From the NCBI GenBank assembly GCA_951406725.2, contig OX597842.1, forward strand, positions 1,674,001 through 1,738,000: DNA of 64,000 bases, given 5' to 3'. Position numbers and translations under genes: made by a program. Of this stretch, positions 1 through 16,125 are shown piece after piece. How positions within the stretch are numbered: the first letter of the stretch is position 1; the number at the start of each line of letters is the position of its first letter. The DNA is from Octopus vulgaris (taxonomy: Eukaryota). The notes under the pieces were generated by a model. That model ran no database searches and was not told the origin of the DNA. It saw only the letters and a list, made by a program, of their open reading frames with translations.

Positions 1-610
1 TGGTGGTAGTGGTGAAAGTAATAGTGGTGGTGTGGTTGGTAGTAGAAGTTGTAGTGGTGATGGTGGTAGTAGTAGTAGTAGTAGTGGTGGCAGTGGTACT
101 AATGGTTGTGATGGTGGTGAAGATGTAGGTAGCACCAACGGTTGTGGTAGTGGTGAAGGTAGTTGTAGTAGTAGTGGTGGTGGTGGTGGTAGCGGTGGTG
201 GCAACGATGGTGGTGGTTGTCTTTGATGAAAGTGGTAGTGGCTGTGTGGTGGAGGTGATGAAACTGGTGATGGAGTGATGAACCTCTTGGTAGTGGTAGG
301 ATCGACTCTGGTGGTTGTGGTAGCGGTGGTGCTGTTGTTGTTGTTGTAGTGGTGGTGCCATTTGTTATACAACAATGCTTTGTATGTTTGATGTTTTCAT
401 TGTTTATGATGATCTTGTTGTTGTTGTTGTTGTTGTTGGCGGTGGTGTTGCTTTCGAAATGCATATTTTTCTGCAACTTGATGTGCAGCAGTTGTTGATG
501 AAAAAAATATGCATTAATTTGGGAAAGGAGCTTTTGAACGGGGCCAGGCATCTACTACTACTACATCAACTACTACCATCAACTCCACAACCACCAACAT
601 CACCACCATC

Positions 611-642
<32 letters not shown>

Positions 643-810
643 ACCAGCACATTCCATCACCACAACCACCACCAACGACAACAACAACAACAACAACCAG
701 CACCACCTCCACTACCACCTTCCATCACCACCACCACTACTACTACAACCAATGCCAACTCAACTACTATTACCATGACAATCATCACCACCAACATATT
801 ACCACCACTT

Positions 811-857
<47 letters not shown>

Positions 858-925
858 GCTACTGCTGCTGCTGCTGCTGCTGCTACTACTACTAAGATGA
901 CCACCACCACAATTGTTATTACATT

Positions 926-971
<46 letters not shown>

Positions 972-1284
972 ACTAAGATGACCACCACTACAATTGTTAC
1001 TACATTTACTACTACTACTACTACTACCACCATCAACTCCACCACCACCAACATCACTACCTCTGCTACTACTACCATCACCACCACCACTAATCATCAC
1101 TACTGCTACTACTACCACCTCCACCACCAGGAACATTCCATCACCACAACCACCACCAACAACAACGACAACAACAACAACCAGCACCACTTCCACTACC
1201 ACCTTCCATCACCACCACCACTACTACTACAACCAATGCCAACTCAACTACTATTACCATGACAATCATTACCACCAACATATT

Positions 1285-1336
<52 letters not shown>

Positions 1337-1390
1337 ATACAGCTACAACTAAGATGACCACCACCACCACTATTGTTACTACATTTTCTA
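1..1390. repeat. Low-complexity triplet region: (GGT/AGT/GTT)n at 1-440, complementary (ACC/ACT)n at 552-1390, with an internal ~200 bp direct duplication (~645-830 vs ~1130-1330)
   Basis: Visible triplet runs; segment cattccatcaccacaaccacc...caaccaatgccaactcaactactattaccatgacaatcat occurs twice. Confidence 0.9.
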
Positions 1391-1728
1391 CTATTATTGT
1401 TTGTCCCCTCTATGTTTAGCCCCTTGTGGGTAGTAAAGAAATATATACCACCACTGCTACTGAGACCATCAGTACCACCAAAGCAACTACAGAGCTTCAA
1501 GAAAATGTTGTAAAGAGCCCTTGTTAAGAAGACAACCAATATGTTATGGCTGAGACATTTTAGAAACAGTAGCTAAGTCCCCTTAAATCAGAGCTTATGT
1601 CTCAAAATTAAACCCTACTGTCCATAGAAAGAATGTGATTATAGAGAAGGAGTGAAAGAGATGAAGGAGAGAGAGAGACTGTGTGTGAGAGACATAAAGA
1701 GGGGTAGAAGCAGAGATTGTGTGTGAGA

Positions 1729-1790
<62 letters not shown>

Positions 1791-2143
1791 AATATCTATA
1801 TATAGATAGATAGATATAAAGCAGCAAGCTGGCAGACTTTACGTTAGCGCGCCGGGCGAAAATGGCTGCGGTATTTCGTCTGTCGTTACGTTCTGAGTTC
1901 AAATTCCGCTAACTTAGAGTTTTGGCAAAAAGAGACTGATAGAGTAAGTACCATGCTTAAAAAAAGAAAAAAATGTTCCTTTCAGGGGTCAATAAATAAA
2001 GTACCAGTTTCGCACTGGGGCAAAATAATCGACTCAATCCCTTCGTCTGTCCTTGTTTGTCCCCTCTATGTTTGGCCGCAGTTGAATGACTGAAACAATT
2101 AAGTTTAAAAGATAAAAGATATTCTCTTTTACTTTTTTATCTG

Positions 2144-2175
<32 letters not shown>

Positions 2176-2179
2176 AAGG

Positions 2180-2405
2180 TGCAGGAGTGGCTGTGTGGTA
2201 AGTAGCTTTCTTACCAACCACATGGTTCCGGGTTCAGTTCCACTGCGTGGCACCTTGGGTAAGTGTCTTCTACTATAGCCTTGGGTTGACCAAAGCCTTG
2301 TGAGTGGATTTGGTAGACAGAAACTGAAAAAAGCCCGTTGTATATATGTATATATATGTGTGTGTGTTTGTGTGTCTGTGTTTGTCCCCCCCCCACCATT
2401 GCTTG
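2180..2405 (+). mobile_element. SINE family A (tRNA-like head plus CORE-like domain), 5' half
   Basis: ggagtggctgtgtggtaag (A-box-like), gggttcagttcc (B-box-like), gcaccttgggtaagtgtcttctac resembling the CORE-SINE motif; about 20 copies in the window. Confidence 0.8.
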
Positions 2406-5212
2406 ACTGTGGGCAATAAAGAAATAAGAAACGTTAGCACTCCGGGTGAAATGCTTAGCGGTATTTTGTCTGTCTTTATGTTCTGAGTTCAAATTCTGCC
2501 TAGGTCGATTTTGCTTTTCATCATTTCAGGGTCGATAAATTAAGTACCAGTTGCGCACTGGGGTCAATCTAATTGACTGGCCCCAACCCCCAAAATTTCA
2601 GGCGTTGTGCCTAGAGCAGAAAAGAATATCTCTCTCCCTCTCCCTTCCTCTCTGTATATCTTTTTCACTCACTCACATCAGACTCTTTTGCTGAACCGCT
2701 AAGTTACGGGGAAGTAAACATACCAACTCAACCCCCTCCACCTATATATCTTTTCTCTCACACTTGATATCTCTCTCTACCCTCTCTGTCACTCTAACTT
2801 ACTCTCTCACTCAGTCTACTTCTTCTCCACTCTTTGTTAGATATGACTTCTCTCTATCTTTCTCACACAATACCTCTCCCTCCCAGCTCTCTCTCTTTCA
2901 CTCACACTCAACTGGTATGCCTCTCTTCTCTTATTACTAGCAGGACCCATGAATATTTCACGGAATTAAGGCTAAACCTGTTAGGCTATTTCTGAAAACT
3001 TTATCCCCAAAAAACCTGAAATCATAGCCCGTGTTGTGTCTGTAAGGAAAGATAATCACTCATCTGCGATTCATTGAAAAGTGAAAGAAATTGGAATACA
3101 ACGATTACTTAATGCACTTTAAATTCTTTTACTTGTTTCATTCATTTGACTGTGGCCATGCTGGAGCACCGCCTTTTAGTCGAGCAAATCGACCCCAGGA
3201 CTTATTCTTTGTAAGCCCAGTACCACTTATTCTATCGGTCTCTTTTTGCTGAACCGCTAACTTGGGATTTTTGGCAAAAGGGCTTAAATGAAATACCATG
3301 CTTAAAAAGAAAAAAAATGTTAAGTACTGGAGCCAATTCATTCACTAAAAATATTTCAAGGTGGTGCTCCAGCATGTCGCTGATTCAGAATGACTGAAAC
3401 AATTAAGTTTAAAAGATAAGATATTCTCTTTTTTTTATCTGTTTTAGTCATTTGATTGCAACCATGCTGGAGCACTGTCTCTAGTCAAGCAAACACATGT
3501 ACTCTTTATATACTTTATGCACAATTTTATGGACTTAATACACATTACTCATAATTATTCTAAACAGTTCAATTAAAAAAATACACTTTTTGCTATCCAA
3601 CCAGCATTGGTTGTCAAGCGACGTTGAGGTGACACAGATATATACACACTAAACATACATATATATAAATAGATATATATATACAAGTGTTGGTGGTAGT
3701 GGTTGTAGTGGTGGTGGTGGCAAGGCTTTGGTTAGTCCAAGGCTATAGTGGAAGACACTTGTCCAAGGTGCCACACGGTGGGACCCGGGACTATGTGTTT
3801 GCCAAGGTGCCACGCAATGGGACTGAACATGGAACCAGCTGGCAGAAATGTTAGCACGCCAGGCGAAATGCTTAGCAGTATTTCTCTCTGTGTTTAGCCC
3901 CTTGTGGGTAGAGTAGACATAGGTAATGATTAAATATTCACTCTCATTTTTCCATTTTCCCCCAAGTAAAAAATATATCCTGTACATATGATACAATCTT
4001 TAGTTAAATTTCATATATCTGCCACATAATTAAGTGTGAATATTTCACAGAATTGCACTTATACGCATGTGTTAATTGATAGGTGATATAAATTGATAAA
4101 AGTGGTAATGAATGTGGTGATCCACCACCACCATGTTGTCATAGTAATAGTGGTGGGAGCAATGGCATTGGTGTTGTAATGGTGTTATTGGTAGAAGGCG
4201 GTGATGGTCATCGTGGTGGTGGGGGCGTTGGTTGGGATCTGCTGCTACGTTCCGAGTTCAAATTCCGCCGAGGTCGACGTTGCCTTTCATCCTTTCGGGG
4301 TCGATTAAATGAGTACCAGTTATGCACTTGGGTCGATATAATCGACTTAATCCGTTTGTCTATCCTTGTTTGTCCTAAAGAAGTAGGTGAACCTAAAATT
4401 AGAGGAAATATGAAAAAAATACATTTTGTTGTAGTGGTGGTGTTGGTACGTTGGAGCATCTTTAGTCAAGATTGGTATGAATGTATATATTTCTTTACTG
4501 CCCACAAGGGGGGTGTTGGTTGTGACCATGTTTGGTGAAGATGGCGGTGGTAGTACGAAATACCGCTAACGTTTCTGCCAGCTCGCCACCTTGTGGTGGT
4601 TGTGGCTGTGACAATGTTAGTTGTGGTGGTAGTGAATGTGTATATGTGTTTGTCCCCCCACCCCGCCATCGCTTGACAATCAATGCTGGTGTGTTTTCTT
4701 GGCAGCTATGATGTTTTGTTTATGTTTTTTAAGATCTAAAAATTGAAACATGCCACAGATGTTTGCATGGAAAAAGGGATATAAAAACGCTGTAAAGAGT
4801 AGAGGAGAAGGAAAAAAATAGGGTACAAAAAAAGGGGATTGGCCATAACACACAGCAAAAATAATCCCCTATCCTTTAAAACATGAAAAGCAAAAGAGAC
4901 TGGTAGAATAAGTACTAGGCTTTACAAAGAATAAGTCCTGGGGTTGATTTGCTCGACAAAGGCGGTCACACACACACATGGCCATCAGTCAAATTGTTTG
5001 ACCGTGGTCAAGACAATGGTATTTACCATGCTACACCTGTATTTACTGCAGGATCACATGGAGATAATCCTCTTGGTGGATTGTGAGTTAAGGGATTATC
5101 TTAGCATGTGGTCACCCAGCACGTTGGAAATAACAGTTAAATCGTGATTCCTCAATTTGCACCTAATAATCTTAAGTGAAAGATTTGTTATTGATTATGT
5201 CCGGAGATATCA

Positions 5213-5545
5213 TTATACTCCATTAAATGGAGTGGTCATACAGTCCATCATGGCATTACGGAGGTCCTGTTGCTGGATACCTGTATCCCTGGAGATTACA
5301 TCAGGGTAGGAGAGTGTGCGCCCTCTGGTATCGCGAGCATACACAGGTGGTAGTTTCCCATATATTTGCATTTTGGTTGGATGGCGCTTCCACGAGAGAT
5401 TTTGAGCTCTCATAAGGAGGTGAGTGTAGGTTCCATCCAACCGCCTCTCAAGCTTCTTTGATAACGTCCAGTTTTCTGAGCCATATAGTAGAATTGGTTT
5501 GACTGTGGCTTTGAAGATTTCAAGTTTGAAGTCTCTACTTAGATT
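5213..5545 (-). mobile_element. RTE-like LINE ORF2 3' fragment, internally deleted
   Basis: Translation KIWSTNLSRDFKLEIFKATVKPILLYGSENWTLSKKLERRLDG resembles the post-RT LLYGSETW region of RTE-type elements. Confidence 0.75.
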
Positions 5546-6203
5546 TGTTGACCAGATCTTATGTAATATTTTGTCTTCATCATCATTGTTCGACCGTGGT
5601 CGAGACAATGGAATTTACTATGTTACGCCAGACCTAAACATAGAGGGAACAAACAAGGACAGACACAAAGGATTTAAGTCGATTACATCGACCCCAGTGA
5701 GAAACTGGTACTTTATTTATCGACCCCGAAAGATGAAAGGCAAAGTTGACCTCTGCGGAATTTGAACTCAGAACGTAAAGACGGAGTAGAAATTACCTCG
5801 TTTTCAGCTCGCCACCTTGATATGAATGTATACTTCCCAGCCACATGGTTCTGGGTTCAGTTTCACTATGGGGCACCTTGGGTAAGTATCTTCTAACATT
5901 GCCTCAAGTTATAGAGTGGATTAGCGAGATGGAAACTGAAAGAAGCTTGTCATATAACTGGACTCTCTACCTTTCACAAGAGATGACATATCCCTGTAAC
6001 TTCTTCTTTGTATCACACACAACACAAATGAAACAAGCCGATATATACGTAACTCACTGCCATTTGAAATCATTATCATTAATGACAGAATCGTTAGCAT
6101 GCTGGGAGAAATACGTAGTGGTATTTTGTCTGTCACTATGTTCCAAGTTCAAATTCCACAGAGGTTGACTTTACCTTTCATCCTTACAGGGATATAAACA
6201 CAC

Positions 6204-6637
6204 TTAAATTTCACGGTCCATCATGGCATTACGGAGGTCCTGTTGCTGGATGCCTGTATCCCTGGAGATTACATCAGGGTAGGAGAGTGTGCGCCCTCTG
6301 GTATTGCGAGTAGATGGCTTCCAGAGGAGAAGAGTGCATGCAATCAAAGTGACACTGGGGTAAGATATACAAAGCCCTGTATACCCATCATGAGATAAAG
6401 GGTACACAGTACAACAATGTCCAGCAAATTTTCTTCTGGTCGAGTAACTCATCCTGCTCAAAAGGTTCCTGAATAAGGATTGTTTAAGGATGTTGAATGA
6501 AACACCCATGTTGTTATTATTATTATACAGGTGGTAGTTTCCCATATATTTGCATTTGGTTGGATGACGCTTCCACGAGAGATTTTGAGCTCTCATAAGG
6601 AGGCGAGTGTAAATTCCATCCAACTGCCTCTCAAGAT
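6204..6637 (-). mobile_element. Second RTE-like LINE 3' fragment, interrupted by pieces of the (AAT)n-associated element
   Basis: Near-identical to 5213-5460 (LLMRAQNLSWKRHPTK; TRGRTLSYPDVISRDTGIQQQDLRNAMMD). Confidence 0.7.
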
Positions 6638-7372
6638 TATTATTATTGTTATTATTATTATTGAGTGAGAGAGCAGTTCATGACGTGACACTGGGGTAAA
6701 ATATACGAAGCCCAGTATACCCATCATGACTACTCGTCTGATAAGGGTACACTAGGCACATGCCAGTGATACACTGCGTCCAATGTCCTCTCTCACAAAA
6801 TTTCAGGCCTTGTGCCTTTAGTACAAAGGGTTATTATTATTATTATTATTATGTATTATTATTCATGATCAGAGCATCACAACATATGTATGACCTTGAC
6901 ATGGTGGGGCCCATGCATCAGAACCATATATGTGCTTGACATGGTCGAGTAACCCATATCAAGCTCCAAACAGCATGACCTAATGCAGGTTATTTAAGGA
7001 CCAGTTAGAAATGAAACACCCATGTTTCCAGAGGTGATCTTATCCATTACCTCTAAGATTATTCCTATTCATTATCATCACGGCTTATGATTATCCCCCA
7101 CTACTATCTACTCATGATCATTATTATGCATTATTATCGTCAGCCACTAAGGGACCATGCTCATTACTGGTTACGGTCATTATTATTATTACTGATTATT
7201 AGCATTATTATTATGTGGTATTTGAGCAGATGATATTTGCTGATAGCCCATCTTTTAGCCACTCCCATCAGAACAAAACAATGTACATGATAACACTTCC
7301 AATCAGTTAAGATCAGAAGCTCCGAGAGCCACTGACTGGTACTGCATCAGGGCATTTATTATTATTATTATT

Positions 7373-7920
7373 GAGTGAGCGAGCAGAGCATGCCATCAAA
7401 GTGACACTGGGGTAAAATATACGAAGCCCAGTATATCCATCATGACTACCCGTCTGATAAGGGTACACCAGGCACATGCATCACAACCATATGTGCGCGA
7501 CATGGTGATCTCATATCAAGATAAATAGCACATGACCTTGCAGGTGGAGCCCAGTTAGAATTTTCTTCAGATCAAGTAGCCCTATACCGCTCAAAAGGTC
7601 CCTGAATAAGGGTTGTTTAAGGACGTTGAACGAAACACCCATGTTTCCAGAGGTGAATTATTCAAACCCCAAAGAATCCTTCTCAACACACGGCTATGAT
7701 GCTCCCCCACTACTTCTGCTCGTGATCAGAGATGCACATATCGTCAGCCACTAAGGGACATGCTCAACTGGTTAAGGTCAAACAACTGACAAGCAAATCT
7801 GTGGTATTGAGCAGAATATTTGCTGTAGCCCATCTTTTATACCAAGACAAAACAATGTACATGATAACACTTCCAATCAGTTAAGATCAGAAGCCATGAG
7901 AGCCACTGCCTGGTACTGCA
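7373..7920 (-). mobile_element. ~560 bp non-coding interspersed element flanked by (ATT)n; degraded copies at 6330-6510, 6662-7358, 8207-8335
   Basis: Reverse complement matches the complete copy at 38998-39556; ATT runs on both sides. Confidence 0.8.
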
Positions 7921-8333
7921 CTATTATTATTATCATTATCATTATTATTATTCTCATATCAAGATAAACAGTGTATGACCTTGCATTATTATTATTATTA
8001 TCATTATTATTATTATTATTATTATTTGACCAGATGAAACATCCGGAATATAATTTCACAAACTCACATGTCATTTGTTAAAACCATTCCTACTTATATG
8101 TAGAATGGCACATTGCCCTCTTCCCCCAATCTAACCCCCACTGCCCCCATACTGTACATGGAAAAACCAGGCAGAAAACCACCAGAAGAATATCGGAGAT
8201 CAGTGAAAGGGACATGCTCAACTGGTTACGGTCAAACAACTGACAAGCAAATCTGTGGTATTGAGCAGAATATTTGCTGTAGCCCATCTTTTATACCAAG
8301 GTTATAGACTTTCATTTTGGTTCCGTTTCAGGG

Positions 8334-8372
<39 letters not shown>

Positions 8373-8882
8373 TGTTGTTATTATTATGGAAGTGGTGAAG
8401 GTGGGGAGAGAAGGCAGTTGGCTGGCTGGTTGGTTGGTCGGTTGGTTGGAATCAAGAGATGGTTAATTGTGTGTGTGTGAGTATTATTATTATTATTATT
8501 ATTATTGACAGGTAGATGGATAAAGTGTTAGATAGGCCACCACCACCATCACCATCACCACAACAGCCAATATGCCAAACTGTCAATCATGAACAGGGTG
8601 TATGGATGGGTTTGGGTATATATATAATATATATATAATATATATATAATATATATAGGGAGAGAGAGATGTGTGTGTGTGTGTGTGTGTGGTGTCAATG
8701 TAAAGAAATATTTAAATAGGTGGATGGAAAATTAGGTAGGTATATATGCACATATATAGACAGACAGATGGATAAAGAGATAGATAAGAGAGGGTTAGAG
8801 AGACCTCGATATTAACAGATAATAGATAGAGAGACAAATAGATAGAGAGATACATAGATTGATAAATGGAAATATTGAGAGA

Positions 8883-9065
8883 CAGGTTGGTGCATAATTA
8901 TTGTGGTTTTTTTTCAATAAATTTTATTCTACAAAAAATTTAAACAAAATGTCAAGCATTAATTGAAGTAGATGGTGAGTTTATGTTCAACTTAGCGGTT
9001 AAATATAACGATAGAATGTGTTTTTGTTAAATGTTGCTATTGTTTTTGTTGGATAAAATTTATTG
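8883..9065. mobile_element. Mariner-type terminal fragment (one TIR only)
   Basis: caggttggtgcataattattgtggttttt resembles Hsmar1/MADE1-type TIRs; no partner TIR seen. Confidence 0.45.
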
Positions 9066-9117
9066 ACAGTCAAATGACTGAAACAAGTAAAAGAGTAAAA
9101 GAGTAAAGAGTATATGT

Positions 9118-9153
<36 letters not shown>

Positions 9154-9523
9154 GAAAATAGTAATGCAATACTATATATATATATTGGTAGAATTGGTAA
9201 GACCAGAAAAGAAAGAAAGAGACTCCGATACTATGTAAATGGAGGAATTTATCTGTAAATATAATATGTGACAATTGAGAGATGATAAAACTCCGAGTTT
9301 CGGATGCTGAGGTGGAAATCCACACCACCATCTCTTGATAGATGGAAATATTTTGAGATAGATAGACAGATAGATAGCTAAAGATATAGTTACATTGGCA
9401 TATATGTAAATAGGTAGATAGACAGATAGAAAGACTGATGGGCAAGTGTCTTCTACTATCCAGCCTTGCCGACCAAAGCCTTATGAGTGGATTTGGTAGA
9501 CGGAAACTGAAAGAAGCCTGTCG

Positions 9524-9554
<31 letters not shown>

Positions 9555-9618
9555 CGTGTATGTCTGTGTGTCTGTGTTTGTCCCCCTAGCATTGCTTGAC
9601 AACTGATGCTGGTGTTTA

Positions 9619-9796
9619 TTAACCCTTTTGTTACTGTATTTATTTTGAGGTAGTTATCATTAAGCTAGTGTTAGGAACATAAATTGTGGCCAGACTAAGG
9701 TTTGGTGGAAGATTTTAATTCAAAACTTATGAAAACAAGTCATTTGTCCTACAGAGCCAGAGGCAGTTTCAGCCAGGTTGGTATCAAAAGGGTTAA
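9619..9796. mobile_element. piggyBac-type MITE with TTAA target-site duplication
   Basis: TTAA|CCCTTTTGTTAC ... GTATCAAAAGGG|TTAA; related copy at 62821-63024. Confidence 0.75.
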
Positions 9797-10264
9797 GACA
9801 AAAGAGCTGGATGGATGGATGGATGGATGGATAGATAGATAGATAGATGGGTGGAGGAGTAGAGAGACAGATGGATGGATAGGTAGACAGATGGATGGAT
9901 GTGGATAGATTTACAGATAGATAAGATAGACAAACATGACACATATGGTTTGATGTGAATGACTCTACTCCAAGACTTTGATGAATTATTAAATATTAAG
10001 CATCATTGAGAAAGATAGATTTTGATATAGGAGGGTCTAGGCATCACAGTATAGTCCCACCACGGGGCAGTTTGAACAGTGGCATCCCAAGAGGGGAGGG
10101 TGCTGAGTAACTGAATGGCACCCTGAGACTTGTTAGGACAATCCCTTGCCATTGTGGGACGATACTTGTTTGCCATTGTAATAATGAAGCGGGAGTGTTG
10201 TAAAACCCTTAGTGGAAGTAGCAGCAGCAGCAGCAGCAGCAGCAGTAGCAACAGTAGCAGTAGC

Positions 10265-10326
<62 letters not shown>

Positions 10327-10433
10327 AGGTGAGGATGGTGGGGATAATGATAACTAGCTATTGTTGTTGTAATAAACTTACCCCTTCGCTAAAATTGCTG
10401 GCCTTGAGCCAAAATTTGAAAGCATCATCATCA

Positions 10434-10488
<55 letters not shown>

Positions 10489-10493
10489 AAAGT

Positions 10494-10925
10494 TGGGTGA
10501 GCTGGCAGAAACGTTAGCTCGCCAGGCAAAATGCTTAGCGGTGTTTCGTCTGACGTTACGTTCCGAGTTCAAATTCCACCGAGGTCGACTTTGCCTTTCA
10601 TCTTTTTGGGGTCAATTAAATAAGCACCAGTTATGCACTGGGGTTGATATAATCAACTTAATCCATTTGTCTGTCCTTGTTTGTCCTCTCTGTGTTTAGC
10701 CCCTTGTGTGTAGTAAAGAAATAGGTATTTCGTCTGCTGCTACGTTCTGAGTTCAAATTTCAAGGTATTTCGTCTGCTGCTACGTCCTGAGTTCAAATTT
10801 CACCAGGGTCAACTTTGCCTTTCATCCTTTTGGGGTCAATTAAGTAAGTACCAGTTACACACTGGGATCGATGTAACTGACTTAATCCCTTTCCCCAAAT
10901 TTGAGTCCTTGTGCTTCCAGCAGAA
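10494..10925 (+). mobile_element. SINE family B (tRNA-like head; gtcgactttgcctttcatcctttcggggtcgat core), tandem partial copies
   Basis: gagctggcagaa A-box-like and gagttcaaattcc B-box-like; further copies at 1821, 2430, 4240, 5630(-), 11035, 11277, 12027, 12270, 25780(-), 39750(-). Confidence 0.8.
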
Positions 10926-10944
10926 AAGATTATTATTATTATCA

Positions 10945-10975
<31 letters not shown>

Positions 10976-10976
10976 C

Positions 10977-11017
<41 letters not shown>

Positions 11018-11475
11018 CATCATATTACTATTATAGGCAGCAAGCTGGCAGAATTGTTCACTTGACGGGCAAAATGCTTAGTAGCATTTTGTCCATCATT
11101 ACGTCCTGAGTTCAAACTCTACTGAGGTTGACTTTGCCTTTCATCCTTTCAGACTTGATATATTTAATATTATGTATTAGTTATTACACTATTATTATGT
11201 ATTATTCAATTAGTGCCTTCCCCTAAAATTTCAGGCTTTGTGCTTTTAATAGAAAGGACTATTATCATCATTATTAAGGTAGTAAGTTGGCAGAATTGTT
11301 AGGGCAAAACACTTAAGCAGCATTCCATCCATCTTTATGTTCCGAGTTCAAATTCCACCAAGGTCAACTCTGCTTTTCATCCTTTTGGGGTCAATAAAAT
11401 AAATACTAGCTGAGTACTGGGGGCAATCGATGTAATAGACTTACCCCCACCTGCCTTGTGCCTTTAGTAAAAAGA

Positions 11476-11526
<51 letters not shown>

Positions 11527-11538
11527 ATTATTATTATT

Positions 11539-11805
11539 CAGTAGTTTTATTTTTATTTTTATAGCGTGCTTTCACTTCACTACCGCGCAGCTCTGTGTGC
11601 CTTGGGTATGTGCTGTGATTTGTTGTGATGCTCTGATGGTTATTGTATGGAAAGTGTTCTGCGTAAGATGTGTGCAGTGCCTAGTAGTGCAATTTTCTGT
11701 ATGTTATATGTGTTTGTAAGTCCTGGTGTTTTTGTTATGTATTTGTCTGAATATTTTTTTATCATGCCTAATGCACCTACTATGATAGGAATTGTTTCTG
11801 TTTTT
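11539..11805 (-). mobile_element. 5'-truncated R4/Dong-like non-LTR retrotransposon (RLE C-terminus plus 3' UTR) within (TAA)n
   Basis: TIPIIVGALGMIKK...IQKIALLGTAHILRRTL is the typical C-terminus of R4-clade ORFs; both junctions lie in TAA repeats. Confidence 0.8.
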
Positions 11806-13580
<1,775 letters not shown>

Positions 13581-13660
13581 TTAGCTTATCTAAGGTTCCA
13601 ATTCACAAAACCAATTCCCTTAACGTTAGCCCACACTTACACCATCTTGTCATCCCATCT

Positions 13661-13701
<41 letters not shown>

Positions 13702-13820
13702 ACCAACTAAACATCTATCTATCTCTGTATCCTTCCATGTGTATATATATATATATATATAGTACCACTGGCGATCTTTTTTCCTCTGTCTTCCCTTCTC
13801 TGGATCTTTCCTTCTCCTAT

Positions 13821-13855
13821 GTTTCCGACGAAGAGCTCTGCTCGAAACGTTAAAC
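13821..13855 (+). ncRNA. Minimal type-I HHR-like motif (C4 core variant) in a ~190 bp element within (TA)n; second copy at 14773-14807
   Basis: GTTT-CCGACGA-A-GAGC tct GCTC-GAAAC-GTT-AAAC: stem I GTTT/AAAC, stem II GAGC/GCTC, loopless palindromic stem III. Confidence 0.65.
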
Positions 13856-14067
13856 CCTCCTTCTTCCCTTCTTTCCTGACCGTCCAATAATACTTTATTT
13901 GTTCCACGTCCTTGCGTTGTGTTTTTTGTTTTCTTGTTTGGATTAACTTTACATATATATATATATATATATATATATAGGGGAGAATTCACAAAAACAA
14001 AAGACAAAGACAGTTGGTGTAGACAACAAACAGATGTATTAGTTTAACATTCAGGAAGTGAAAAGCT

Positions 14068-14103
14068 CTTTAACATTTCGAGCCTATGCTCTTCCACAGA
14101 AAG
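14068..14103 (-). ncRNA. HHR-like motif with CUGUNGA core; copies at 26107-26142, 26776-26811, 26966-27001, ~32458-32494, 52783-52818
   Basis: Minus-strand consensus CTTT-CTGTNGA-A-GAGC rtag GCTC-GAAAC-GTW-AAAG. Confidence 0.55.
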
Positions 14104-14272
14104 AAACAAGGAGAGAAAATAAAGAATATGTAGTGGCTAGAGATTTATTATGGCGATATAAACACAGGAGTGGCTGTGTGGTAAGTAGCTTGCTTCCCAA
14201 CCACATGATTCAGTTCCACTACATAGCACCTTGGGCAGGTGTATTTGGTAGAGGGAAACTGAAAAAAGCCCA

Positions 14273-14313
<41 letters not shown>

Positions 14314-14902
14314 TATATGTATATGTGTATATGTTTGTCTGTGCTCATCCCCTCACCAAATGTTGGCGTGTCTATGTTCCCATAACTTAGCGGTTTGACA
14401 AAAGTGATTGATGGAATTAGTACTAGGCTTACAGAGAATGAGTCCTGCGGTCAGTGTGTGTATGTGTTTGTGTGTCTGGTGTTTGCTTGACAATGGTGTA
14501 TTTATGTCCCCATAACTTAGCAGTCCAGCATAAAAGACTAATAGAATAAGAATTAGACTTACAAAGAATATGTCCTGGGGTCGTTTTTTCAACTAAAGAT
14601 TGCTCTAGCATGGCCAGAGTCAAATGACTGAAGCAAGTAAAAGAATAGAAGAATATATATATATATATTCTTTCACCATGTGTACTTCGTAAACACCAGT
14701 CGTTTTTTTTTTTTTTCTCCATCTCTTGTTGCCCACTTTGGGATCTTTCTTTCCTCTCTCTTCCTTCTTTATGTTTCCGACGAAGAGCTCCGCTCGAAAC
14801 GTCATACCTTCCTGCTTCCATATTTCCTGAGCGCCTATTAATAATAATACTGTAATTGTTCCACGTGTTGTTGTTTTTTTGTTTTCCCGTTTGGATTAAA
14901 AT

Positions 14903-16125
<1,223 letters not shown>

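Noticed and set aside
9285-9335. GAAAC-tcgga-GTT (minus strand) here, GAAAC-agct-GTA at 21952, and CTGATGA near 20474
   Set aside because: Only half of a hammerhead motif is present in each case, so none is called as a ribozyme
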